Shown: in pieces, positions 19,147 through 28,140 of the stretch
How positions within the stretch are numbered: position 1 is the first letter of the stretch
Layout: each line of letters starts with the position of its first letter
Assembly (NCBI GenBank): GCA_016936505.1
Contig: JAFGXS010000034.1
Span: forward strand, 25,266 to 89,265
Length of the DNA stretch: 64,000 bases
Source of the DNA: Bacteroidales bacterium
GTDB lineage: Bacteria; Bacteroidota; Bacteroidia; Bacteroidales; F082
Reading direction: 5' to 3'
The notes under the pieces: model-generated
Told to the model about the DNA's origin: nothing
Database searches by the model: none
Seen by the model: the letters and a program-made list of their open reading frames with translations, nothing else
Made by a program: the position numbers and the translations under genes

Positions 19147-19653
19147 ATGAAAAGAATTGCACTTTTATTCACTGGATTTCTGTTGGTTTTTTCGATGGGT
19201 TGCCGACAGGAAGCAAAAAAAAGATTTGATACAGCAAAAGAAAAAGAAGCCGTTAAAAACGTACTGGAAAAATATGTCATTGCCAATGAAAACAAAGACT
19301 TTAACATGTTTAAACAAATCTGGGCGCCTGATTCTGACATTATCATGTATGGTACCGACTCAAATGAAAAATTAATTGGCTGGAATAGTATTCAAAAAGC
19401 AATTAAACAACAGTTTGCAAATGTGTCTCAAACTTACATATCCGTTATCAATCAGGACATTAAACTAAACCGCACCGGAAATACAGCCTGGTTTGCCGAA
19501 GAACTGAACTATAATTTCGTTCACGACAATAAGGCTCAAACATTTGACGGCGTAAGATTTACAGGTGTTCTGGAAAAAAGGCCAAACGGATGGGAAATTG
19601 TCCAGGGACATCTTTCCATACCTGCTGATACAAAACTAGCCCAACCAAAATAA
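19147..19653 (+). CDS. SnoaL/NTF2-like fold lipoprotein
   Basis: Lipobox FSMGC; IMYGTD...GW, AWFAEEL, VRFTGVLEK...WEIVQGHLS. Confidence 0.8.
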   Translation: MKRIALLFTGFLLVFSMGCRQEAKKRFDTAKEKEAVKNVLEKYVIANENKDFNMFKQIWAPDSDIIMYGTDSNEKLIGWNSIQKAIKQQFANVSQTYISVINQDIKLNRTGNTAWFAEELNYNFVHDNKAQTFDGVRFTGVLEKRPNGWEIVQGHLSIPADTKLAQPK

Positions 19654-19695
19654 TTGATTGAGTTAGTTCTTATAAAATCCCATTAAAATTAAATA

Positions 19696-20253
19696 TTAAA
19701 ACGGATTAGCAGTTATAGTAGTTTTAATTACTACATCAAGACTAAACTGAGTGCCTCCTGTAGTGCTAGTAGTTGACCCACTGATTCTTGCCGTAAATGA
19801 TGTTTTATCATCAAGAATTGAATTAACAGTTGCCCACTGACCATTTGTATTGTTTAAGGTCAGTGATCCTGCGTTATCGATTGTAACATTTGTGAATAAC
19901 CAGGTAGCATTTTTTGTATCAGAATACACTTGCAGTTTAAGTGTATCCAGAGTAATAGGAGCATCCACATTACTGTATGTGCCTGTTATTTCATTAATCT
20001 GCCAATCCTTAATGTTATTCAAATACTTTTCAATGTCCGCATTAGAAGTTGGATCTACAGTCAAAGATTGATCAAAACTAATACTTGCCGATTTACCCGA
20101 CTCAATCCCACCGATTGGATTAAGGTTCACATCAAAATTTGCAGGAATATCAGCATTAAATTTAACATCGGCAAGCGACTTAATTTTATCACATCCAGAA
20201 AAGGCCATTCCGGTTACTACAAGCAACGAAACGAGTAAAAATTTTACTTTCAT
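19696..20253 (-). CDS. Hypothetical lipoprotein
   Basis: Lipobox AFSGC; Thr/Ser-rich beta domain. Confidence 0.7.
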   Translation of the reverse strand: MKVKFLLVSLLVVTGMAFSGCDKIKSLADVKFNADIPANFDVNLNPIGGIESGKSASISFDQSLTVDPTSNADIEKYLNNIKDWQINEITGTYSNVDAPITLDTLKLQVYSDTKNATWLFTNVTIDNAGSLTLNNTNGQWATVNSILDDKTSFTARISGSTTSTTGGTQFSLDVVIKTTITANPF

Positions 20254-20503
20254 AACTTTATCGTTTAGAGGTTTAATAAATTAGACAATCAAATATAAAC
20301 GTTTTTAAATTATAATCGTTTAAAATAAAAATTTACAATCATAGTTTAATGAAAAAAAAAATAATCGAACAAAATTACTTTCTAGAGTTTCCTCAAACGT
20401 TATAGGTTGACAACACAACAAAAATTGATCTGTTTTAAGAATTGTTAAGTTTAAATGGCAAAGCCATTACCTACTTAATGGTTTATTTAACAGGATAATT
20501 GAT

Positions 20504-20551
20504 TAATTTTGCGTTCCATAAAATTGAGAACATTAACATTTTAAAGGAGGT
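20504..20551 (+). promoter_or_regulatory. -7 box TAATTTTG (20504-20511) and a strong Shine-Dalgarno AAAGGAGGT (20543-20551) for eno
   Basis: Read directly; the SD ends 7 nt before ATG 20559. Confidence 0.7.
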
Positions 20552-20558
20552 TAAAACC

Positions 20559-21830
20559 ATGTTAAACAACAAAATAACAGGCTTAAGAGCCATGGAAATT
20601 CTGGATTCAAGAGGAAATCCAACCGTAAGAGTTTACATTGAACTTAGTGACGGAACACAGGCAACCGCTTCTGTACCTTCAGGAGCTAGTACCGGTGAAA
20701 ACGAAGCCGTAGAATTGCGCGATGGAGACAAAAGTCGCTACAACGGTAAAGGTGTATTGAAAGCAGTTGAAAACGTAAACAAAATTATTGCTCCTGCAAT
20801 TTCAGGAATGTGCGCTCACAAACAGGCTGCCATTGACAAAGTAATGATTGAGTTAGACGGTACACCAAACAAATCAAAGTTAGGTGCTAATGCCATTTTA
20901 GGTGTTTCGATGGCTGTGGCTCGTGCTGCTGCCAAATCAGCTCGCCTTCCTTTGTATCAGTATTTAGGAGGGCCTGGTGCCTGCCGTATTCCTGTTCCTG
21001 CAATGAACATCATTAATGGTGGTGAACACGCCGACAATAGTGTAGATTTCCAGGAATACATGGCCGTTCCGGTTGGAGCTCCTAACTTCCGTGAAGGTTT
21101 ACGCTACGTTGCTGAAACTTTCCATATTCTGAAAGGAATTCTTAAGAATCGTGGTCTTTCAACCGGAGTTGGCGACGAAGGTGGCTTTGCTCCTAACCTG
21201 AGCAGCAACGAAGACGCCATTGAAACCATCATTCAGGCTATTGAAAAAGCCGGATACAAACCCGGAAAAGATATAGCTATTGCTTTAGACAGTGCAGCCA
21301 GTTCATTTGTAACCGGAACCAATAACTACGACTTAAGATGGTCAGGTGCCGGAAAAATGACCAGTGAAGAACTTACAACACTTGCTGAAGACTGGATTTC
21401 TAAATATCCTATAGTTTTATGGGAAGACCCATTGGGAGAAAACGACTGGGAAGGTTTCAAAAACCTGACCGCTAAACTCGGTAACAGACTTGAAGTGGTA
21501 GGTGATGACCTTTTGGTAACCAATACCAAATACATCGAACGAGGTATTAGTGAAAAATCAGCTAATGCAGCTTTGATTAAATTAAACCAGATAGGTTCAG
21601 TATCAGAAACCATTGAAGCTGTTCGAATGTGTCGCGATAATGGATGGCGCTACTTCATTTCACACCGTTCAGGTGAAACTTCCGATACTTTCCTCGCCGA
21701 CTTTGCAGTTGCTATGGATGGTGGACAGTTGAAAACCGGTTCTGCCAGCCGAAGCGAACGTTTGGCTAAATATAATCGTTTACTCGAAATTGAAGCTGAA
21801 CTCGGAAACAGCGCTACCTACTATTGGTAA
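20559..21830 (+). CDS. eno: Enolase (phosphopyruvate hydratase)
   Basis: [53 protein letters not shown]. Start refined to ATG 20559. Confidence 0.97.
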   Translation: MLNNKITGLRAMEILDSRGNPTVRVYIELSDGTQATASVPSGASTGENEAVELRDGDKSRYNGKGVLKAVENVNKIIAPAISGMCAHKQAAIDKVMIELDGTPNKSKLGANAILGVSMAVARAAAKSARLPLYQYLGGPGACRIPVPAMNIINGGEHADNSVDFQEYMAVPVGAPNFREGLRYVAETFHILKGILKNRGLSTGVGDEGGFAPNLSSNEDAIETIIQAIEKAGYKPGKDIAIALDSAASSFVTGTNNYDLRWSGAGKMTSEELTTLAEDWISKYPIVLWEDPLGENDWEGFKNLTAKLGNRLEVVGDDLLVTNTKYIERGISEKSANAALIKLNQIGSVSETIEAVRMCRDNGWRYFISHRSGETSDTFLADFAVAMDGGQLKTGSASRSERLAKYNRLLEIEAELGNSATYYW

Positions 21831-21851
21831 GAAAGATGATTAATATCAAAT

Positions 21852-21882
21852 AAAAAAAGCCGGTTTAAAGCCGGCTTTTTTT
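21852..21882. terminator. Bidirectional intrinsic terminator
   Basis: AAAAAAAGCCGG-TTTAAAG-CCGGCTTTTTTT between convergent genes. Confidence 0.88.
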
Positions 21883-21896
21883 ATTAACTGTATTTC

Positions 21897-22355
21897 TTAA
21901 AGTTTCATCGTCACCCCGATATTACCACTCAGATAATTCCCGTAAACCGACTCAACATTCAAACCCCACTTTTTATTCCAGAACCAACGGCCACCAACTT
22001 CAATACCCGACAATAACCGCCCCCCGTTTCTAAAACCAAGTCCCACTCTCAATCCGCCATAAACATCCCATTCACTCGGAAGGTTAAGCAATTGACCAAA
22101 ATGATAGTCTGCTTTTCCCAGCAAATCAAAAGAGGTGTTCAGAACGCCTACAGAAGGATCATAATAAGCCCAGTTATAACTTATCATAGGACCAACCGTA
22201 ATATTTTGTTGTACTCCAAAATCCACTCCGGCATATAATGGACCGAAGTTCAGTTGTTTACCTCCTAATGGAAATTGCTCATTTCCCTGTGCCACAATCC
22301 AGGTTGATGAAAAAACAAAGAACAAAAGCATAACTACCTTTTTCATAAAACTCAA
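21897..22355 (-). CDS. Small outer-membrane beta-barrel protein
   Basis: Signal peptide; GKADYHF, DVYGG, GGRWFW...GLNVE, C-terminal MKL. Confidence 0.7.
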   Translation of the reverse strand: MSFMKKVVMLLFFVFSSTWIVAQGNEQFPLGGKQLNFGPLYAGVDFGVQQNITVGPMISYNWAYYDPSVGVLNTSFDLLGKADYHFGQLLNLPSEWDVYGGLRVGLGFRNGGRLLSGIEVGGRWFWNKKWGLNVESVYGNYLSGNIGVTMKL

Positions 22356-22505
22356 CTTTTTACTTTTTAAATAAATAAGTTCAAAGCTACTTAAATTTCA
22401 AAAACTCAATTCTTAAAGAAATACAAATTTCTTTATTTAGGAGTAAGCATTTATTTACTAGTGTTTTTTTTAACTAATATTGTATGCCGACTAATCAATA
22501 ATCAA

Positions 22506-24734
22506 ATGGGCTCACCTGCTGTACAGAATAAAAAAGAAATGGGAACAACTCCCGTTTTTTTTACCGCAATTTCAACAATCTTAGGAGCCATCTTATTTCT
22601 ACGTTTTGGGGTTGCCGTTGGAACCGTTGGCATGGCTGGAGTCATTCTATTAATCATTATCGGGCATATGGTTACCCTGCCCACTGCAATGGCCATATCT
22701 GAAATTGCCACTAACCAGAAAGTAGAGGGCGGAGGTGAATATTACATGATTTCCCGTTCTTTTGGTTTAAACATCGGGGCAACCATAGGTATATCACTTT
22801 ACTTATCACAGGCCATCAGTGTTGCTTTTTACATTATTGCTTTTACAGCAGCTTTCGGTCCGGTTATTGACTATGTTCAAACGCTGTATCATATCCAGAT
22901 TCCGACACAGGCTATTAGTATTCCCGCGTTATTAATTCTGGGTGTTTTAATTTGGAAAAAAGGAGCCTCACTGGGTGTTAAATTACTCTACATAGTTGTA
23001 GCTATGCTATTTCTATCACTAGCTTCATTTTTTCTGGGACATCCGGTTCAAACCGACCCAAATCAAATGAGTGCATTAAGCTCTCCGCCTTTCAAGAATT
23101 TAGATCAGTTGTTTATTGTATTTGCCATAATTTTTCCTGCATTTACAGGAATGGATGCCGGAGTTGGGCTATCCGGCGATCTTAAGAAACCACAAAAGTC
23201 CATCCCAAGGGGCACGATTCTGGCTACCATAACCGGAATGATCATCTATATTTTTGTTGTAATAAAACTGAACGCATCAGCATCGGAACAAGACCTTCTG
23301 AGCAACCCGCTTATTATGAGCAAAATTGCACTGTATGGATGGATCATCATTCCGCTTGGACTGGCTGCGGCAACACTTTCGAGTGCTATTGGTTCCATTC
23401 TGGTTGCACCAAGAACACTCCAGGCCATTGCCATAGATTCTTCTTTTCCTTCAAAAAATGTGAACCGATTTCTGGGAAAAGGCGTAGGAAAAACCAACGA
23501 ACCTCAGAATGCAACATTAGTAACCTTGATTCTTGCACTTGTTTTTGTAAGTTTTGGAGGCATTGATGTTGTTGCAAAGATCATCTCCATGTTTTTCATG
23601 ATGACCTATGCTTCAATGAACCTCATTTCATTTTTCAATCATTTCGGCGCCGATCCTTCCTACCGGCCTACCTTCAAATCGAAATGGTATTTTTCTTTGG
23701 CTGGATTTTTTGCAGCTACACTGCTTATGTTTCTTATGAGTCCTCTTTACGCTTTCATTTCCATCGTTTCAATTTTTGTACTTTATCTGATCATCCGACA
23801 CTATCACAAAAAAAGAGAAGGCCTGGAGAGTATTTTTCAAGGTGTTATTTTCCAAATCAGCAGAAAGCTGGCAGTATATCTTCAGAGTTCTGCTAAAAAA
23901 ACTGAAACCTGGAGGCCATCAGCCATTTGTATTTCTTCCGACACTTTTGAACGCGATAAAATCTTCGACCTGCTAAATTGGATATCATTTTCACATGGAT
24001 TCGGAACCTATATTCATTACATAGAAGGATATTATTCCAAAGAAACACATAACGAATCACAAAAGGTTTTACAAAGGCTAATCAAAAAGGCCAACAAAAC
24101 AGCTGGAAATATGATTGTTGATACAGTCATTTCGCCATCCTACACCTCCGCAATTGCACAAATTATTCAAACTCCTGGTGTTTCAGGAATGGAAAACAAC
24201 ATGATCATCTTCGAATACGACAAACAACAGCCGGCTCAATTACCAAGAATTATTGATAATTTGCGCATGGTTGAAGCCGGGGATTTTGACATTTGTATTC
24301 TGGGAACCAGCATGCGCAACATGAACTTTTCCAATGGCATTCACATCTGGATTAGAGACATAAACCGAGACAATGAAAGACTTATGGTATTGCTCAGTTA
24401 TGTCATTATGGGGCACCCTTCATGGAAAGAAGCAACCATGAGTTTATTCATCCTGAGCGAAAAAAATAAAATGGAAGAAACCAGAAACAGCAGCACCCAG
24501 TTTATTTTAGAAGGCCGCATACCTGTTTCGCCTAAAAATATTAGAGTTATTGAGAAAGAACCCGAAGTAAATTTCAGAACCACCATTGGGCAATACTCTT
24601 CTGAAGCAGCACTAACTATTGTGGGATTTTATAACGAACAAATCAAGCACGAAGGAGAAAAACATTTCGAAGGGTTCGAAACCGTAGGTGATATTTTGTT
24701 TGTCAATGCACACAATATCATTGAAATCGAATAG
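22506..24734 (+). CDS. APC-superfamily permease, cation-chloride cotransporter (SLC12/CCC)-like
   Basis: TILGAILFLR, GGGEYYMISRSFG, FAIIFPAFTG..AG..LSGDLK, a WRP-led C-terminal cytoplasmic domain. Exact start uncertain (22461/22506/22538). Confidence 0.85.
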   Translation: MGSPAVQNKKEMGTTPVFFTAISTILGAILFLRFGVAVGTVGMAGVILLIIIGHMVTLPTAMAISEIATNQKVEGGGEYYMISRSFGLNIGATIGISLYLSQAISVAFYIIAFTAAFGPVIDYVQTLYHIQIPTQAISIPALLILGVLIWKKGASLGVKLLYIVVAMLFLSLASFFLGHPVQTDPNQMSALSSPPFKNLDQLFIVFAIIFPAFTGMDAGVGLSGDLKKPQKSIPRGTILATITGMIIYIFVVIKLNASASEQDLLSNPLIMSKIALYGWIIIPLGLAAATLSSAIGSILVAPRTLQAIAIDSSFPSKNVNRFLGKGVGKTNEPQNATLVTLILALVFVSFGGIDVVAKIISMFFMMTYASMNLISFFNHFGADPSYRPTFKSKWYFSLAGFFAATLLMFLMSPLYAFISIVSIFVLYLIIRHYHKKREGLESIFQGVIFQISRKLAVYLQSSAKKTETWRPSAICISSDTFERDKIFDLLNWISFSHGFGTYIHYIEGYYSKETHNESQKVLQRLIKKANKTAGNMIVDTVISPSYTSAIAQIIQTPGVSGMENNMIIFEYDKQQPAQLPRIIDNLRMVEAGDFDICILGTSMRNMNFSNGIHIWIRDINRDNERLMVLLSYVIMGHPSWKEATMSLFILSEKNKMEETRNSSTQFILEGRIPVSPKNIRVIEKEPEVNFRTTIGQYSSEAALTIVGFYNEQIKHEGEKHFEGFETVGDILFVNAHNIIEIE

Positions 24735-24892
24735 ACAATAATTCATGCATCACTCGTTTGAGAAAACACATACAAGTATAATAAACTCGTTTTCAACACT
24801 ATTAATAACAAATCCCGTGAAAGAAACTGATAAGACAGGTTAAAATAAATGAATATTCACTACTTTTGTCGCGATTTTAAAAGAAAAAAAGA

Positions 24893-25588
24893 ATGCCTAA
24901 TAATCAATTTGTTGTTATTGGGATCGGACAATTTGGAGAGGCAATTGCCCTTTCGCTTTCAAAAAAAGGGGCCGAAGTAATGGCCATTGACAAGAGTCAG
25001 GAAAAAGTTGACTACATTGCCAATGAAGTTGCTTATGCCGTAGCCCTTGACTCAACCGACAAAAAAGCACTAATCGCACAAAACATACAAAACTATGACG
25101 CAGTGGTTATTGCCATTGGAGAAGACTTTGAAGAACTGCTGCTCACCGCTGTTAACCTTATCGAGCTCAATGTCAAGCGAATTATTGTACGAGCTAAAGG
25201 AAAAGTCAACCGACTGATATTAAGCAAACTGGGGCTCACTGAAATCTTTTCTCCAGAGTACGAGGTAGGACAAGTGGTAGCCGAAAGATTATTAAACCCC
25301 AGTATTGTTAACTTCCTCGACTTACCCGACGGTTATGTGATCACAGAAATAAAAGCTCCTAAATCTATCGTAGGGCAAACACTTGAATCAATCAAACTGA
25401 GAGAATCATACAATATTAATCTGGTTACCATAAAAAAAGAGGTCGAAGAAATGCAGGGAAATAAAGTCGTAATCAGACAACACATTAAAGGTGTACCTCA
25501 ACCTAACATGGTCATCAGTAAAAATGACTATATTGTAGTATTTGGAACCAATAAAGACATTACAAAATTTCTCGAAATTAACAGCTAG
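24893..25588 (+). CDS. trkA: Trk/Ktr K+ uptake regulatory (RCK) subunit
   Basis: VIGIGQFG Rossmann motif, AVVIAIGED, C-terminal RCK_C domain; TACTTTTG box at 24861-24868. Confidence 0.9.
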   Translation: MPNNQFVVIGIGQFGEAIALSLSKKGAEVMAIDKSQEKVDYIANEVAYAVALDSTDKKALIAQNIQNYDAVVIAIGEDFEELLLTAVNLIELNVKRIIVRAKGKVNRLILSKLGLTEIFSPEYEVGQVVAERLLNPSIVNFLDLPDGYVITEIKAPKSIVGQTLESIKLRESYNINLVTIKKEVEEMQGNKVVIRQHIKGVPQPNMVISKNDYIVVFGTNKDITKFLEINS

Positions 25589-25593
25589 CTGTC

Positions 25594-27393
25594 ATGACTT
25601 CGAAGTTTTTCAAGTTTCGGGAGAAGATCAATCTTAAAATTTTCAACAGTAAAGCATCTGTAATTTTTGTATTTCGGGCGCTCAGTGCTATTGTGTTTCT
25701 GATGGTTATAGCTTCAGGAATATATTACTACGGGTTCCCAAAAACAACCGATTCCTTACTTTTAAACGAAAGAGCCATCGAACTGAGCCTGGCCTTTTTT
25801 AGCCTTCGTTTCCTGGTTTATATGTTTTACGACTTTCATCCTATCGAATTACTCAAGAAGAACTGGATTGAAGCAGCAGTATTGGCCTTTTTCAACGTTT
25901 ATGTCTTGTTTCCATCCTTATTTAACGACATTATCTTTAAGTGGGCTTTCAACGATCTGGTGGAAAACCACTCTCTTTTGCTGTTCCAACTCTACTTCAT
26001 CACCATTTTTATCATGGAACTGGGCAAATCTGGTCCCAAGCTTTCTGCATTAAACCTCAAGCCCGCCACTATGCTGATCTTGTCGTTTATTATCCTCATA
26101 GGAACCGGAACCGGACTTTTAATGTTGCCCGAAATGACGATCGGTGGTCACTTTGGATTTCTAAACGCTCTTTTCACTTCGACCAGTGCCAGTTGTGTTA
26201 CCGGACTCATTGTTGTAGACACAGCCACTTTCTTTACATTAAAAGGTCAGTTCATTATAATGATGTTGATCCAGTTGGGTGGAATCAATATTATTTCGTT
26301 TGCTACATTCTTTGTTACTTTTTCGCGTTCCTCAGGAGGTATTAAATACCAATCCATGATTAAGGATGTTTTGAGCGCTGATCGTTTAGCCGACACAAAA
26401 CATCTGCTACGCAGCATTGTTGAATTCAGTTTGATTAGTGAAGCAATAGGAACACTATTGATTTTCTTTTCGTGGGGAAATGAAACTTTCCAGAACTGGC
26501 AATCCAAACTGTTTGCTTCTGCATTTCACGCAATCTCTGCTTTCAACAATGCCGGGTTCTCCACCTTCTCAAATAATTTATACGAACACGGACTACGACA
26601 TCTTTATGGGTTGCAGATTGTCATCATTCTGCTCATCTTTTTTGGAGGATTCGGATTTATGGGAATGGAAGATATGTTCAGCCCCAAACGAATCCGCGAA
26701 CGCATGAAAACACCTTGGAAGAAAATCAGTGTCAGTACCCGACTTACATTATATATGTCACTTGCATTGATTATTGTAGGAGCCATCGTTTTCTATCTTC
26801 TGGAAAAAAACTCAATGCTAGCCGGCGATGGAGTTTTCCAGACTATTGTAACCTCAGTTTTTCAATCTGTAACCACACGTACTGCTGGATTCAACACGGT
26901 AGATATAGGACAGGTGGCAACTCCGGTTCTCATTTTTTTTATGTTTCTTATGTTCATTGGAGCAGGCTCTGGCTCTACCGGAGGTGGAATTAAGGTGTCA
27001 ACTTTTGCCGTTATTGTAAAATCGGCCGTAGCAACTATTAAAGGACACAAGAACGTGGTAATGTTTAAGCGAACTGTTCCTTTCAGCGCAATTGACAAGG
27101 CCTATTCTATAGCCTTATTCTCTATTTTTGTCATCTTTGTTTCGGCATTTGCACTTACAATTACCGAACCCAACACCCCATTTTTAAAACTCCTTTTTGA
27201 AGAATTTTCTGCTTATGGAACCGTTGGGCTTTCTACAGGAATTACATCCTCACTTTCTGAAGCTGGAAAGATGATCATTATTACTTCAATGTTTATTGGA
27301 AGAATCGGGTCACTTACACTGGCGATGGCGTTGAGTTCAAGAGCCTTCTCAACAAGCTACAGATATGCCGAAGCGTCAATTACAGTTGGCTAA
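25594..27393 (+). CDS. trkH: Trk/Ktr K+ uptake membrane subunit with an N-terminal TM extension
   Basis: Pore-loop motifs TSASCVTGL, SAFNNAGF, TRTAGF, SAYGTVGLSTG; GSTGGGIK, MFIGRIG. Confidence 0.92.
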   Translation: MTSKFFKFREKINLKIFNSKASVIFVFRALSAIVFLMVIASGIYYYGFPKTTDSLLLNERAIELSLAFFSLRFLVYMFYDFHPIELLKKNWIEAAVLAFFNVYVLFPSLFNDIIFKWAFNDLVENHSLLLFQLYFITIFIMELGKSGPKLSALNLKPATMLILSFIILIGTGTGLLMLPEMTIGGHFGFLNALFTSTSASCVTGLIVVDTATFFTLKGQFIIMMLIQLGGINIISFATFFVTFSRSSGGIKYQSMIKDVLSADRLADTKHLLRSIVEFSLISEAIGTLLIFFSWGNETFQNWQSKLFASAFHAISAFNNAGFSTFSNNLYEHGLRHLYGLQIVIILLIFFGGFGFMGMEDMFSPKRIRERMKTPWKKISVSTRLTLYMSLALIIVGAIVFYLLEKNSMLAGDGVFQTIVTSVFQSVTTRTAGFNTVDIGQVATPVLIFFMFLMFIGAGSGSTGGGIKVSTFAVIVKSAVATIKGHKNVVMFKRTVPFSAIDKAYSIALFSIFVIFVSAFALTITEPNTPFLKLLFEEFSAYGTVGLSTGITSSLSEAGKMIIITSMFIGRIGSLTLAMALSSRAFSTSYRYAEASITVG

Positions 27394-27601
27394 GCGTTGT
27401 AAATAATTTATAACGGATTTAAATAGTTTCCTCCGCAACCGTTTGCAACAAGAATTTAACTCACGGACGATATAACCTACTGACTTCCTGATAATTTTAG
27501 ATTTTTTAAATATTGACTTCTTGATGATGTACTAAAGGGACTTATCTTTGTTATTCGGTTTAAACAAACAAAAACCGATATTTTACATCAATTATAAAGT
27601 T

Positions 27602-28075
27602 ATGAATGAAATTATTCAGAACCAGGATCAGGAACTTCAAAGAGTAATCTATCAGATTCCTGCCCTGATTACACTTTATGCTATCAGTCACCGCGGAGAA
27701 AAGCATCTTGATCCAAAAGAAGAAAAATCTGCGGCAATTTATCTGACGGTAATCTGCAATCAGGGACCTGAAAAATTCAAAGATTTTTTCAAAGAAGTGA
27801 AAAAAACTTTCAAGAAAGATTTACACGAATTGAATGAAGAATTACCGGGAGAAACTGAAAACAGAAAAGCTGAAATTGAAAAAAGATTGCTTCCTGTAAA
27901 AACATTCCTTAAAGACTTGCCCGAAACGCACGAAGTACCTTTTAAAGATGCTTTGTTTGGATTTGCTACCCATACCAGAAGCGTTGTTGGCGACACTCTT
28001 GAAAGTGTTATGCTGCCTTTTATATCAGATAACTTAAGAAAGATTGAAGACGAAAGATTACACAGAATTTTATGA
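27602..28075 (+). CDS. Hypothetical helical protein
   Basis: Open ORF (IPALITLYA...D..E...A); TATCTTTG box at ~27543. Confidence 0.6.
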   Translation: MNEIIQNQDQELQRVIYQIPALITLYAISHRGEKHLDPKEEKSAAIYLTVICNQGPEKFKDFFKEVKKTFKKDLHELNEELPGETENRKAEIEKRLLPVKTFLKDLPETHEVPFKDALFGFATHTRSVVGDTLESVMLPFISDNLRKIEDERLHRIL

Positions 28076-28140
28076 AAATTAATTACATTTTATCGATGGC
28101 ATAACCACATACCACCGGTGTTCATTAAAATAATTTAGTT

